A DNA stretch of 64,000 bases from an uncultured Gemmatimonadales bacterium. GTDB lineage: Bacteria; Gemmatimonadota; Gemmatimonadetes; Longimicrobiales; RSA9. Below the pieces are notes generated by a model. The model searched no databases. It was not told the origin of the DNA and was given only the letters and a program-made list of their open reading frames with translations. A program made the translations under genes and the position numbers. The DNA lies in NCBI GenBank assembly GCA_963816355.1, contig CAWFKH010000003.1:1568001-1632000 (forward strand), read 5' to 3'. Below are positions 31,236 through 41,495 of this stretch, piece by piece. Every line of letters begins with the position of its first letter. Positions within the stretch are counted from its first letter, which is position 1.

Positions 31236-31738
31236 TCGACTTCCAGCGGCAGCTCCGCCTGGCTCGCGTTCAGCGCCGCGCGCGACCGCCGCGCCTTCAG
31301 CTCACGGACCTCGTCGAAGAACTGGTCGATGTCCTGGAAGTTGCGGTAGACGGAGGCGAAACGGACGTACGCGACGTGGTCCACCGCCTTCAGTCGCTCC
31401 ATCACGTGCTCGCCGATCTCGCGGCTCTCGATCTCGTCACGGCCGAGGCCGTTGAGCGCGTCCTCGACGGCATCGACGAGCGCCTCGATCTCGGTGAGCG
31501 TGATCGGGCGCTTGACGCACGACAGCCGCACGGCGCGCACCAGCTTCTGGCGGTCATACGGCTCGATCGAGCCATCTCGCTTCTGCACCTGGAGCGGCCG
31601 CTCCTCCACGTACTCGTACGTCGTGAAGCGGCGCCCACAGCTCAGGCATTCACGCCGCCGGCGGACCGCACCCCCCTCCCGGCTGGTCCGGGTGTCCACG
31701 ACCCGGTCTTCGGTCAGGTGACAGTAGGGGCAACGCAA
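31232..31738 (-). CDS. nrdR: Transcriptional repressor NrdR
   Basis: CPYC, RRRREC..CGRRFTTYE, ATP cone, AYVRFASVY. Confidence 0.97.
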   Translation of the reverse strand: MRCPYCHLTEDRVVDTRTSREGGAVRRRRECLSCGRRFTTYEYVEERPLQVQKRDGSIEPYDRQKLVRAVRLSCVKRPITLTEIEALVDAVEDALNGLGRDEIESREIGEHVMERLKAVDHVAYVRFASVYRNFQDIDQFFDEVRELKARRSRAALNASQAELPLEVE

Positions 31739-31780
31739 GATCCCTCGTCGAGCGGCTCGCCGGATGTGCGCGGGCGGCCG

Positions 31781-32563
31781 CTAGCGGATGTGACGCAGCT
31801 CTTCGGCCGCCTGCTTCGCCGCGTCGGACTTCGGATAACCCGCGACCACACGACGGAAGTAGGCGCGCGCCTTCTGAATGTTCCCCTGCTCACGCGCGAT
31901 CACGCCTGCGCGGTACAGCGCCGCCGGCGCCCGCTCGGAGTTCGGGAACATCTCGACCACGCGCTCCAGCTCGCGCATCGCCCGGTCGTAGTCCTTGTCG
32001 GCGTAGTACGTCTCGGCGAGTCCCACCTGCGCGTCCGGCGCGAGCGGACTGTCCTGGTGCTGCTGGACGATCTCCTCGAACGCCCGCCGGGCCGTGCCGG
32101 TCGCCCCTCGCTGCAGGTTGTCGCTGCCGATGCGGTAGAGCTGCTCCACCTCTCCGGCCGCTTCCGGCGTCGCCGCGCCGGAGTCCGGCGCCGGCGCGGT
32201 CAACCGGGTAAGCCGCTGCGTCATCTGGTCCTGCAGTTCCGACAGGCGGCGCTGACTCTGCCCCGTCAGCTCCTGGATCTGCAGGTGCTGCTGCTCGAGC
32301 TGCGCCAGCTCGTTGCCGAGGTCGCCGCGCAACCGCATGAGCAGGTCCGTGATGCCGCGAATGCTGTCGCCCAGCGCGCGGCTCTCCATGCGCAGCGCCG
32401 CCGCCGTCGAGTCCTGGTGGGCGCGCAACCGCACGATCTCGTCGCGCAGGTCGCGCACGTCCCGCTTCGTCGCGCAGCCGGCGAGCGGCGCGAGCGCGAG
32501 CAGCGCAAGCGCCGCCCGCGCGCGTGGCCGCGCGATGCGCGAGTCGATTCGATGAGCGCGCAT
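31781..32563 (-). CDS. cpoB: Tol-Pal associated TPR protein CpoB/YbgF (lipoprotein)
   Basis: Lipobox LAGC, coiled coil, C-terminal TPRs; directly after pal. Confidence 0.85.
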   Translation of the reverse strand: MRAHRIDSRIARPRARAALALLALAPLAGCATKRDVRDLRDEIVRLRAHQDSTAAALRMESRALGDSIRGITDLLMRLRGDLGNELAQLEQQHLQIQELTGQSQRRLSELQDQMTQRLTRLTAPAPDSGAATPEAAGEVEQLYRIGSDNLQRGATGTARRAFEEIVQQHQDSPLAPDAQVGLAETYYADKDYDRAMRELERVVEMFPNSERAPAALYRAGVIAREQGNIQKARAYFRRVVAGYPKSDAAKQAAEELRHIR

Positions 32564-32580
32564 CGTCGATCGCCTCCTCG

Positions 32581-33156
32581 TCAGTTGCCGGACGGCATCA
32601 GGCTCGACGCGCCCGCGATGATCTCGAACTCATCGCGCCGGTTCTGCCGCCACGCATCCTCGTCATGGCCCTGCGCGATCGGCCGTTCCTCGCCGAAGCT
32701 GACCGTCTCGAAGCGCGCGGCATCCAGGCCGTAGTTCGTCAGGTAGTCCTTCGCCGCGTTCGCCCGCCGCATGCCGAGCGCCAGGTTGTACTCGACCGAG
32801 CCGCGCTCGTCCGCGTTCCCGGCGATGCGCAGCTTGATCTCCGGGTGCGCGCGCAGAACGTCGATCTTCTGCGTCAGCGTCTGCTGCGCCGAAGACGTGA
32901 TCGTCGACTCGTCGTAGTCGAAGTGAATCATCGCGGTCAGCGCCTCCCGCGCCGCCTCCGCCTTCGCGCGCGCCGCCTCCGCCGCACGGCGCCGAGCCTC
33001 TTCCTCCGCCGCGCGACGACGCGCATCCAGCTCCGCCTGCCCCGCCGAGTCGTTCTGCACCGTCTGCGGCGCCGGCGGCTCCGGCTTCTTCTTCGAGCAC
33101 GCGCCGACCGCCACCGTGGCGAACAGCGCTCCGACGACCATCCTGCGAGCAACCAT
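32581..33156 (-). CDS. pal: Peptidoglycan-associated lipoprotein
   Basis: Lipobox VGAC, IHFDYD, GNADERGSVEYNLALGMRRA, SFGEERP, QNRR. Confidence 0.96.
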   Translation of the reverse strand: MVARRMVVGALFATVAVGACSKKKPEPPAPQTVQNDSAGQAELDARRRAAEEEARRRAAEAARAKAEAAREALTAMIHFDYDESTITSSAQQTLTQKIDVLRAHPEIKLRIAGNADERGSVEYNLALGMRRANAAKDYLTNYGLDAARFETVSFGEERPIAQGHDEDAWRQNRRDEFEIIAGASSLMPSGN

Positions 33157-33197
33157 CGATCCTCCTCCTGACGCGGGAATTCGGCCGGCGGGCTGCG

Positions 33198-34544
33198 TCA
33201 CCCGCCGAAGGTGAGATGCGAAGCCGTCATCAACTCCGGCGACCAGTCGGGCAACTCGAAGCGACCGCCGACGGCGAGGGGCCGCAGACGACCGGTCACG
33301 CTGTCGATGACGTAGAGGCCCCAGCGTCCGTCGCGCTGCCCGGAGAAGACGATATGCCGGCCGTCCGGGGCCCAGCTCGGGTCCTCGCTGACGCCGTCGT
33401 CGGTGATCTGCTGCACCGTCGCGCCCGGCTTCGACGCGTCCGCCACCATGATCTGGAGATTGCCCCGCGAGCGGCCGTGGAACGTCACCAGCGTCCCGAT
33501 CGGCGACCAGTCGGGCGAAGTGTAGTAGCCGGGCTCCCCATAGACAAACGGCGACAGCAGCGTCGGCTCGCCGCCGGCGGCGGGCATCACGTAGATGTGC
33601 GGCTGACCCAGGCGGCTCGAGTTGAAGAGCAGACGGCTGCCGTCGGGCGAATAGGAGGGCGACAGGTCGTCGCGCCCGCCGTTCGTCAGCCGCTTCACGC
33701 AGCAATCCCGCGCCGCATCGAACGAGTAGACCCGGGCGCCCCCGGCGTCGTAGCGCGCGTAAGCAATGTGGCTGCCGTCGGGCGCGTAGACCGGCGTCAT
33801 CAGCAGGCCCGCCGACTGCGTCACGACCGAGCTCTTCCCGTCGTCGAGCGAGAGCTCGAGGATCCGCGAGCGGGCGCCGTCGAACTCGGAATAGAGGATG
33901 CGCCGCCCCTCCGGGCCCCAGTTCGGCGAGAAGAGCATCGCCTTGCCCGTGGCGAGCCGCCGCAGGTTCTCGCCATCCGAATCGACGATCATGAGCTCGT
34001 CGGCGCCGCCGCTGCCGCCCTTGCGTCGGAAGACGATGCGCGAGGCGGCGTCGCCCGGCTGCCCCGTCGCCCAGCGCACGACCTCGTCGGCGGCGGCGTG
34101 GACCGACATGCGGAAATCCGCGTCGTCGGCCGCCGGCAGGGCGAAGCTCTGGATCTCCTTCACCTTGCCGTAGACGACGTCGTGCAGCGCGAGCCGAAGC
34201 GCGTAGCCCCGCGGCGACGGCTGTACCTGCGCCGTCACCAGGTACACCACGCCGAGGTCGTTCCACGCCTTGTAATCGACCGCGCCGGTGGCCAGGCCGG
34301 CGGGCGTCGCCGCCATCTCGAAGTGGTCGCTGTAGTCGAGGTCGCGCTGCAGGATGTCGTAGATGCGCGAGCCCACGTCCTGCGCCATCCCCTGCGCCTC
34401 GACCGGGCGCACCGCCACGCGCGGCCGGTACCCGGTCTGGTAGATGAAGCCGAGCTTCACTCCCGAGGGGATCTTGTTCTCCTGCGCCACAAGCGGCACC
34501 GCCAGCAACAGCGCCAGCACCGCACCGATCCTCAACCGCAGCAT
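33198..34544 (-). CDS. tolB: TolB beta-propeller protein
   Basis: Signal peptide, TolB-N domain, PD40 repeats (SPSYSPDG, PSWAPDG). Confidence 0.93.
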   Translation of the reverse strand: MLRLRIGAVLALLLAVPLVAQENKIPSGVKLGFIYQTGYRPRVAVRPVEAQGMAQDVGSRIYDILQRDLDYSDHFEMAATPAGLATGAVDYKAWNDLGVVYLVTAQVQPSPRGYALRLALHDVVYGKVKEIQSFALPAADDADFRMSVHAAADEVVRWATGQPGDAASRIVFRRKGGSGGADELMIVDSDGENLRRLATGKAMLFSPNWGPEGRRILYSEFDGARSRILELSLDDGKSSVVTQSAGLLMTPVYAPDGSHIAYARYDAGGARVYSFDAARDCCVKRLTNGGRDDLSPSYSPDGSRLLFNSSRLGQPHIYVMPAAGGEPTLLSPFVYGEPGYYTSPDWSPIGTLVTFHGRSRGNLQIMVADASKPGATVQQITDDGVSEDPSWAPDGRHIVFSGQRDGRWGLYVIDSVTGRLRPLAVGGRFELPDWSPELMTASHLTFGG

Positions 34545-34618
34545 TCCGTTCCTTTCTGCTCGACCACGGGCCGTGCGAGGCCCGGCTTCTCCCGCGAAAA
34601 CGCGCCCACCCCGCGTGT

Positions 34619-35326
34619 TCAGCGCGGCGTGTCGATATAGAAGCTGACGGGAAGTCGGTCTCCCTGGAACCCCTTCGGGAGCGGACCGAACGCCCCCCGC
34701 TTCCCCGCCACTTCCACCGCGCCCAGCGCCTGATAGTCGTACTCCCGGTTCCCGGAGCTCGTCCCGATCCGGATGTCGCTCACCGAGCCGTCGCGGTGGA
34801 TCACGAAGTACACCTCCGTCCGCAGGCCCGCCGCCCCCTCCCACCGGAAGTACCGCCGCACCTGCACGATGATGTTCTCCAGGTACCCCGGGTAGGCAAA
34901 CTCCTCGCCCTCCAGCTTCACGTTCAGGTCCTCGCCACCCGCGCTGTGCGCGTCCGGCCGCGGCCCCGTCGTCTCGTGCGGCTTCTCATCCTTCGCGCTC
35001 GCCTTCGGCGCCGCCGCCTTCTTCTCCGGCTGCGGCTTCGGCTTCGGCGGCGCGGGCACCGCCTTCGTCGCTTTCTTCTCCGGCTCCGGCTTCGGCTTCT
35101 CCGGCTCCGGCTCCGGCTTCTCCGGCTTCGCCTCCGGCGCGGCCGCCGCCGGCGCCGTCGGCCCGCGCTGTCGCGGGGGCGGCGAGTAGATGCTGACGCG
35201 GTAGACGCGCATCGGCGGCGACGCCGGCCGCGCCTGCGCGCTCGCGACCAGGCCCGCGGCGACGACGACGTGCAGTGCGATCGAGGCGAAGACCGCCCCG
35301 CGACCGGGACCGCCGGACGTGCTCAC
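34619..35326 (-). CDS. tolA: TolA/TonB-like energy transducer
   Basis: TM helix with SIALH, Pro/Glu/Lys linker, TonB-C domain (FVIHRDG...SSGN). Confidence 0.85.
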   Translation of the reverse strand: MSTSGGPGRGAVFASIALHVVVAAGLVASAQARPASPPMRVYRVSIYSPPPRQRGPTAPAAAAPEAKPEKPEPEPEKPKPEPEKKATKAVPAPPKPKPQPEKKAAAPKASAKDEKPHETTGPRPDAHSAGGEDLNVKLEGEEFAYPGYLENIIVQVRRYFRWEGAAGLRTEVYFVIHRDGSVSDIRIGTSSGNREYDYQALGAVEVAGKRGAFGPLPKGFQGDRLPVSFYIDTPR

Positions 35327-35736
35327 CGGTGCTCCAGCTCCGGGTCCGCGACCAGCCCGACCTCCGTCACGTCGAGCTGCTTCATCACCCCGATCACGCG
35401 CAGCACGTCGCCGTACGGCACCCGCGCGTCTCCCTTCACGTACGCGCTCTTCACGCTCTTGCGACGCACGTAGTCCGGGAAGAGGCGGCGGAAGTCATCG
35501 ATCGACGTCGTCGGGACGTCGCCGATGTAGATGCTGCCGTCCTGGCGGACCGTCACGATCACCCCCTCCGACGAGGTGATCGGCGCCGCCGGCGCCTTCG
35601 GCAGCTGCACCTCCACGCCGCCCTGCAGGATCGGCGCGGTGATGATGAAGATGACGAGCAGCGTGAACGCGACGTCGACGAGGCTCGTCACGTTCACGTC
35701 CGCCGAGAGCGGAAGCCCGCGCTTGCGGCGCGCCAT
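35323..35736 (-). CDS. tolR: TolR/ExbD
   Basis: VNVTSLVDVAFTLLVIFIITAP with the conserved Asp. Confidence 0.93.
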   Translation of the reverse strand: MARRKRGLPLSADVNVTSLVDVAFTLLVIFIITAPILQGGVEVQLPKAPAAPITSSEGVIVTVRQDGSIYIGDVPTTSIDDFRRLFPDYVRRKSVKSAYVKGDARVPYGDVLRVIGVMKQLDVTEVGLVADPELEHR

Positions 35737-35761
35737 CAGCGGCCCCCGCCCGCCGCGGCCC

Positions 35762-36484
35762 TCACAGCCGCCCCTCGCGTGCCAGGGTGCCGATGAACTC
35801 GCTCGCGAAGCCCTCCAGCTCGCCGCTGAAGAAGTTGAGTCGGCTGACGAAGTAGTTGTACCCGATCACCGCCGGAATGGCGACGGTCAGGCCCGCTACC
35901 GTCGTGACCAGCGCCTCGGCGACCCCGGGAGCGACGGCGCTGATGTTGGCGCTTCCCGTCGCGCTGATGCCGATGAACGCCTCCATCACGCCGATCACCG
36001 TGCCGAGCAGGCCGAGCAGCGGTGAGACCGTCCCGATCACGGCGAGCCAGGCGACGCCGCCGGACAGCGCGTCGTGCTCCTCCGACTGCTCCTTCTCCAG
36101 CACCAGCCGCAGCGCCTGCAACTGCGCCTCCGAGAGCCCCGCCGTCGGCGCCGCCTGCTCGCGCAGCGCGCCCGGCCGCAGCTCGCTGAAGAAGTTGATG
36201 CCGCGGCGGAAGACGCGGCTATAGGCGGAGTCCCGCAGCGCGACGACGGTGCGGTAGACGTCCTCGAGCCGCTGCGAGCGCTCGAGCGCGCCGAGGAACT
36301 CGACCCCCTGCCGCTTCAGCCGCCGGAACTGCGCGAGCTTCCAGAAGATGATGATCCAGCTCGCGAGGGAGAAGAACGCCAGCACCCCGATGATGATCTG
36401 TGTCGAGAGGCCGCCGCTGAGGATCATCTGCACCGCGCTCGGCCTCACCCCCTGCCCCGCCTGGACCGCCGCCACCGGATTCAC
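35762..36484 (-). CDS. tolQ: TolQ/ExbB (MotA family)
   Basis: SPLLGLLGTVIGVM, APGVAEALVTTVAGL; GTG start overlaps the upstream stop. Confidence 0.93.
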   Translation of the reverse strand: MNPVAAVQAGQGVRPSAVQMILSGGLSTQIIIGVLAFFSLASWIIIFWKLAQFRRLKRQGVEFLGALERSQRLEDVYRTVVALRDSAYSRVFRRGINFFSELRPGALREQAAPTAGLSEAQLQALRLVLEKEQSEEHDALSGGVAWLAVIGTVSPLLGLLGTVIGVMEAFIGISATGSANISAVAPGVAEALVTTVAGLTVAIPAVIGYNYFVSRLNFFSGELEGFASEFIGTLAREGRL

Positions 36485-37440
36485 GTCGCCGCCCCCCGCT
36501 CCGCAATGAAGTCGTACGTCCGCCGCAGCCCCGCCTCGAGCGAGGTCGCCGGCGCCCAGCCCAGACCGGTCAGTTTCGTCACGTCCAGAGAAGAGCGCCG
36601 CAACTCGCCCTTCCGTTCCGGCGCCGTCCGCAGCGGCACCCGCCGCCCCGCCACCGCCATCAGCGCCTCCGCCAGCTCCAGCACGCTCGTCTCGCGACCC
36701 GTCCCCACGTTGTACGCGGCCGCGTCGATCCCCGCCTCCTCGCCCGTTGCGGCGTCCGTGAGCGCGAGGTTCGCCGCGACGACGTCGCCCACGTAGACGT
36801 AGTCCCGCGTCTGCGTGCCGTCGCCGTAGACGACGAGCGGCTCGCCGGCCAGCAGCCGCTGGCTGAAGATCGCGACCACGCCCGCCTCGCCGTGCGGGTC
36901 CTGTCGCGGCCCGAACACGTTGGAGTAGCGCAGCGCCACGCTCCGCAGCCCGTGCACCCGGCGGTAGTAGTGGAGGTAGTGCTCCGCGGCCAGCTTCGCG
37001 ACACCGTACGGCGAGAGCGGCGCCTTCGCGGCGGTCTCCGGCGTCGGCGTCGCCTCCGGCTCGCCGTACACGACGCCGCCCGACGACACGAAGACGAGGC
37101 GCCCCACGCGGTGCCGGCGGGCGCATTCGAGCACGTTCAGCAGCCCGTCGACGTTCGTCGCCGCGTCGGCCCGCGGGTCGGCGACCGAGCGCCGCACGTC
37201 GATCTGCGCCGCGTGGTGGTTGACGACGTCGAAGCCGCCCACGTCCCCGAACAGCTCCTCGAGCGCCGCGTCGCCGATCTCCATACGCACGAACTCGGCC
37301 CCCGCCGGCACGTTCTCGCGCCGACCGGAGGAGAGGTCGTCGACGATCCACACGGCGTCGCCACGCGAGAGGTAGGCATCGGCGACGTGGCTCCCGATGA
37401 AGCCGGCGCCTCCCGTGACCAGCACCCGTCTAGCGGCCAT
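36481..37440 (-). CDS. NAD-dependent epimerase/dehydratase (UDP-glucose 4-epimerase-like)
   Basis: TGGAGFIG, SSGG, YGVAK, NVFGPRQDPHGEAGVV. Confidence 0.93.
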   Translation of the reverse strand: MAARRVLVTGGAGFIGSHVADAYLSRGDAVWIVDDLSSGRRENVPAGAEFVRMEIGDAALEELFGDVGGFDVVNHHAAQIDVRRSVADPRADAATNVDGLLNVLECARRHRVGRLVFVSSGGVVYGEPEATPTPETAAKAPLSPYGVAKLAAEHYLHYYRRVHGLRSVALRYSNVFGPRQDPHGEAGVVAIFSQRLLAGEPLVVYGDGTQTRDYVYVGDVVAANLALTDAATGEEAGIDAAAYNVGTGRETSVLELAEALMAVAGRRVPLRTAPERKGELRRSSLDVTKLTGLGWAPATSLEAGLRRTYDFIAERGAAT

Positions 37441-38863
37441 CCGCCCCCGTCTGCGTGGCCGCCTCCGGTACGATCGGCTCTTCCTGCGACCCCGCCACCT
37501 CGCCGCCCTCTTCCGCCTCGCCGCTCTCCGGCGCTCCGCCGTCCGCCGCCGCGCCGGCCGCCTGCAGCTCGAACAGGTAGCGCGCCGCGTCCAGCACCGA
37601 CACGCCGCGGCCGTTGCTCGCCGCCTCGCGCAACTTCACGGTGGGCGCGTGCAGCACCTTGTTCAGGAGCTGCCGGGTGAGCACATCGACCGCTTCCCGG
37701 TCCTTCTCGGAGAGGTGCGGCAGCTTCGCCAGCGCACGCTCAACCTCGCTTCGCCGCACCGCCTCGACGCTGCCGCGCAGCGCCTGGATCACCGGCACGA
37801 CCGCCAACGAGGCACGCCATGAGACGAACTCCTCGACCGCGGCCGCGACGATCGCCTCCGACGCAGCGATCTCCGACTGCCGCCGCTCGAGGTTCGACGT
37901 GACGATGTGCTGCAGATCGTCAATGTCGTAGAGGAAGACGTTGTCGATGTCGCCGACCGCGGGATCGACGTCGCGGGGCAGCGCCATGTCGATGATGAAG
38001 AGCGGCCGCAGCGGACCGTTCGGAAGCGCGCGCAGCACCACCTCGCGCGTCAGCACCGGCGCCGGCGAGGCGGTGGCGGTGGCGATGATGTCGACGGAGG
38101 CGAGCACCGACCCCAGCTCCTCCATCCCGACCGCCGTGCCGCCGACCCGCGCCGCCACCTCCGCGGCGCGCGATTCGGTGCGGTTCGCCACGATCATCCC
38201 CTTCACGCCCTCGCCGCGCAGGCACTCCAGCGTCAGCTCGCTCATCTCGCCCGCGCCGAGAACCATGGCGCGCCGTCCGCGCAGTGGGCCGAAGATCTTG
38301 CGCGCGAGCTCGACGGCGGCAGACGGCACGGACGCGGCGCCGGTCCCGAGGGCGGTCTCGCTGCGGACGCGGCCGCCCACCGCGAGCGCGCTCTGGAAGA
38401 GGCGGGACAGCACCGGCCCGACGACCTGCGGCTCCCCCACCTCCGCGGCCTGCTCGTACGCGTCGCGGACCTGCCCCTGGATCTGCGCCTCGCCCAGGAT
38501 CATCGAGTCCAGGCTCGACGCGACGCGGAAGAGGTGTCGCGCCGCGTCCCGGTCCAGCCGGCAGTAGAAGTGGCCCGACGCTTCAGCCGCGTTCATTCCC
38601 GCACCCGCCGCCAGCGGTGGAATCGCGATTTCGCGCGGATCGGCCGAGCCCGGCAGCAGCAGATAGAACTCCGTCCGGTTGCACGTGGTCAGCAGGACGG
38701 CCTCGCGCGCCCCCGCCACCGTCGTCGCCTCGATCAGGATGCGACGCGTCTCCGATGGCGTGCGCGCGAAGCGCTCGCGCACCTCGATCGGGGCGGTGTG
38801 GTGGCTGATCCCCACCACCGCCAGCGTGAGCGGGCTCGCCGGGCTAGAAGAAGAGCCGGCCAT
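37430..38863 (-). CDS. hemA: Glutamyl-tRNA reductase
   Basis: TCNRTE, SLDSMILGEAQIQGQ, GAGEM, IDMALPRD. Confidence 0.97.
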   Translation of the reverse strand: MAGSSSSPASPLTLAVVGISHHTAPIEVRERFARTPSETRRILIEATTVAGAREAVLLTTCNRTEFYLLLPGSADPREIAIPPLAAGAGMNAAEASGHFYCRLDRDAARHLFRVASSLDSMILGEAQIQGQVRDAYEQAAEVGEPQVVGPVLSRLFQSALAVGGRVRSETALGTGAASVPSAAVELARKIFGPLRGRRAMVLGAGEMSELTLECLRGEGVKGMIVANRTESRAAEVAARVGGTAVGMEELGSVLASVDIIATATASPAPVLTREVVLRALPNGPLRPLFIIDMALPRDVDPAVGDIDNVFLYDIDDLQHIVTSNLERRQSEIAASEAIVAAAVEEFVSWRASLAVVPVIQALRGSVEAVRRSEVERALAKLPHLSEKDREAVDVLTRQLLNKVLHAPTVKLREAASNGRGVSVLDAARYLFELQAAGAAADGGAPESGEAEEGGEVAGSQEEPIVPEAATQTGADGR

Positions 38864-39671
38864 CCGCCACCGAAAGACGAAGCACGAGATAGGCCACGAC
38901 GACGACGACGAAGCCGAGCACGCTCGCGACCGCGCCGCGCCGCGTCCGCTTCGCGTCGCCGTAGCGCGCGGCGATGGCGACGACGAAGACGAGCCACGTC
39001 AGCACGCTCCACACGATCTTGGGGTCGGTCGCCGCGATCGAGTGCCGGAAGCGCACCGTCCACGCCCACCCGAGCGCGAGGCCGAGCGACAGTGTGGGGA
39101 AGCCGACGAGCAGCGCGCGTCGGCCGAGGCGGTCGAGCGTCTCCAGCGACGGCAGGAAACGGAACCAGCGGCCGAAGTTCTTCGCCTTCAGCTCGTGGAA
39201 CTGGATCAAGTAGAGCAGGCCGGCGGCGAACGCGACCGCCAGCGAGGCGTTGCCGACGAACGCGAGCATCACGTGCGCCGTGAACCACACTCCGCGGAAC
39301 GCGAGCGGCTCGCGCGCCGGCACGATTCCGAGCACCACCGCGATCCCCAGCACCACCGCCGCGAGCGGCGCCAGCACCAGGCCGACCGGCCGCACCTCGT
39401 CGCGCGCCGCCGCCGCCGGCACGAGGAAGACGCCCACCAGGAAGGCGAACGTCGACAGCGACGGACCCAGACCCACCAGCGGCGGCTCGCCGAAGTGCTG
39501 GGTGAAGACGGCCAGCGCCGCCGCGTGCACCACCACCGCGCCCACCACCAGCACGGCGCCGAGCCGCGGCGAGCCGCTCCGGCCACCCGCCAGCGACGCG
39601 ATCAGCACGCCCGCGGCCCCGGCGTAGAGCACCAGCGCGACCCCATGCAGCAGCGTGACCATCGTCGTCAC
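38844..39671 (-). CDS. CcsA/HemX-family membrane protein
   Basis: About 8 TM helices, WFTAHV, LPSLETLDRL, DPK..WS..TW; overlaps the hemA start. Confidence 0.88.
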   Translation of the reverse strand: MTTMVTLLHGVALVLYAGAAGVLIASLAGGRSGSPRLGAVLVVGAVVVHAAALAVFTQHFGEPPLVGLGPSLSTFAFLVGVFLVPAAAARDEVRPVGLVLAPLAAVVLGIAVVLGIVPAREPLAFRGVWFTAHVMLAFVGNASLAVAFAAGLLYLIQFHELKAKNFGRWFRFLPSLETLDRLGRRALLVGFPTLSLGLALGWAWTVRFRHSIAATDPKIVWSVLTWLVFVVAIAARYGDAKRTRRGAVASVLGFVVVVVAYLVLRLSVADGRLFF

Positions 39672-41065
39672 CGGATCCTTCGAACGATGCGTACGGGCAG
39701 GCCGGGGCGCAGCGACGCCTCCGACACCGCGATTACCCGCGCCGTCGCCCCGCGGTCCGTCACGCGCACCACGCGCAGCCGCGCCAGCTCCGCCAGCGGC
39801 GCGGCGCCATCGCCGCGCTGCGCCGGCGCTTCGTAGACCGCCAGCTCGTCGCCCACCGACACCCCCGCCGCGCCGCCGAGATCGACGAACGCGTCGTCGC
39901 CCAGCCGCTGCACCGGGTGCGACTCCTCGAAGCCGAGGATCGTCCCCGTTGCGCCCTCCGCGACCGGCTCCGTCTCCGTCGCCGAGAGGTCCGGCAGAGC
40001 AGGCGGCACGAGCGCCACGTCGGCCTCACCGACCGCGCGGTACTGCTGCTCGACCGTGGCGGTCAGCGTCTCGCCCCCGGCGTCGGTGACCCGCAGCAGC
40101 GCGCTCGGCGACCACGCGCGCCCATCGTCCCCCACCCGGCCGTCGATGCGCACCAGCAGCAGTGTGTCCCCCGCCGCCGGCCGTGCCGCGCCCGCGTACG
40201 TCAGGTAGATCGCGTCGTGCGGGTGCACCGTCGTCGTCGTCCCGAGCGTCGTCACCTGCGGCGCCCCCACCACACCGCCGTACCGCGCCACCACCCCCAC
40301 CGCCTCCCGCCCCGCCACCCACGGCGCGGAACGGTACTCGGCGGCGGTCACCAGCGGCCGCGACCGCGCCGCTTCCGGTACCGCCTCGGAAACGGGGCGC
40401 GGATAGAAGCGCGTGCGGCGCGATGCCGCGGCCGCGCCCACGGGCTTCGAAGCCCGCGGCGCTCCGGGTACCGTCCGCTCGGGACGGCGCGCGCCGGGCG
40501 TCGGCGGCCCCGGCCCCTCCGCAGGCGCCGCCCGCCCCGCCTGCGCGGGCCGTTCGCCGCCGCGCGCGGGGATCACCAGCCGCTGCCCCGGACGGATGCG
40601 GTCGGGCGCGGCGAGGAGCGCCCGGTTCGCGTCGAAGAGGAGGGGCCAGGCGTGCGGGTCGTGCAGGTAGCGCGCGGCGATCTCCCACAGCGTCTCGCCC
40701 GGCTGCACGACGTGCTCGGTCGGGGTCTGCCCGGACGCCTCGCCACCCGCCGCCGCCGCGGCCGCCGGAGCCGTGTGCACCACGATGCGCCCGCGGGGGG
40801 GGCGCCGTGCGCTGTCGGCGGCGGCGCCCGCGCTGTCGCGCTTCTGGATCGGCCGCACGCCGTGGGCCGTGTCCGGCACGCCCCGGATCGGCCGCACGCC
40901 GCGCACCGTGTCCGGCACGCCGCCGATCGGCGGCACTCCGTGCACGGTGTCGGGGGCGGGACGGACCGGCTGCTGGGCGCGCGCCGCCGCTGCGCACGCG
41001 AGGAGGGTGGAGGCGAGCACCGCCACCGCAAACCGCCGACGCCGACCGCGAAGCGGCACGCTCAC
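39668..41065 (-). CDS. Exported LysM-domain protein, TsaP-like
   Basis: Signal peptide ARA-Q, LysM (HVVQPGETLWEIAARYLHDPHAWPLLFDAN...IRPGQRLVIP), two C-terminal beta domains; GTG start overlaps the ssb stop. Confidence 0.85.
   Translation of the reverse strand: MSVPLRGRRRRFAVAVLASTLLACAAAARAQQPVRPAPDTVHGVPPIGGVPDTVRGVRPIRGVPDTAHGVRPIQKRDSAGAAADSARRPPRGRIVVHTAPAAAAAAGGEASGQTPTEHVVQPGETLWEIAARYLHDPHAWPLLFDANRALLAAPDRIRPGQRLVIPARGGERPAQAGRAAPAEGPGPPTPGARRPERTVPGAPRASKPVGAAAASRRTRFYPRPVSEAVPEAARSRPLVTAAEYRSAPWVAGREAVGVVARYGGVVGAPQVTTLGTTTTVHPHDAIYLTYAGAARPAAGDTLLLVRIDGRVGDDGRAWSPSALLRVTDAGGETLTATVEQQYRAVGEADVALVPPALPDLSATETEPVAEGATGTILGFEESHPVQRLGDDAFVDLGGAAGVSVGDELAVYEAPAQRGDGAAPLAELARLRVVRVTDRGATARVIAVSEASLRPGLPVRIVRRIR
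40847..40954. repeat. In-frame 39-bp tandem repeat, about 3 copies
   Basis: Encodes PDTVHGVPPIGGV / PDTVRGVRPIRGV / PDTAHGVRPI. Confidence 0.85.
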
Positions 41066-41466
41066 TCTGCTCCGGCGGCGGGGGGCCACGCCGCCCATGG
41101 CTGGAAGGGCTCCGCCTCGACCGCCTCGGCCGCCGCGGCGCCGAACGGAATGAGCTGCGCCGCGACCACCTCCGTCACGTGATGACGGCGGCCGGACCGG
41201 TCCTCCCAGCTGCGGTAGTCGAGCGACCCCTCGACGAAGACGCGCTCGCCCTTCCGGACCCGACGGCCCGCCTGCTCCGCGAGCGCGTCCCACGCGACGA
41301 CGCGGTGCCACTCCGTGCGCTCCGGCACGCCGCCGCCCGCGCCGCTCCGGCGGTGCGCCGTGGCGAGCGGGAAGGTGGCGATGCGGCGGCCGGAGGCGGT
41401 GGTCCGCACGTCCGGGTCCGCACCGGCGTTGCCGATCAACACGACGAGGTTGAGGCCGAAGGTCAT
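41062..41466 (-). CDS. ssb: Single-stranded DNA-binding protein, short and lacking the acidic C-terminal tip
   Basis: LNLVVLIGNAGADP, ERTEWHRVVAW, KGERVFVEGSL; ends WAAWPPAAGAE. Confidence 0.93.
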   Translation of the reverse strand: MTFGLNLVVLIGNAGADPDVRTTASGRRIATFPLATAHRRSGAGGGVPERTEWHRVVAWDALAEQAGRRVRKGERVFVEGSLDYRSWEDRSGRRHHVTEVVAAQLIPFGAAAAEAVEAEPFQPWAAWPPAAGAE

Positions 41467-41495
41467 CAGCCGCTCGTAAGAGGCGTAATTACACA

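Noticed and set aside
31781..36484. TolQRA-like genes as a gliding motor or TonB uptake system
   Set aside because: The complete canonical tolQ-tolR-tolA-tolB-pal-cpoB order identifies ordinary Tol-Pal.
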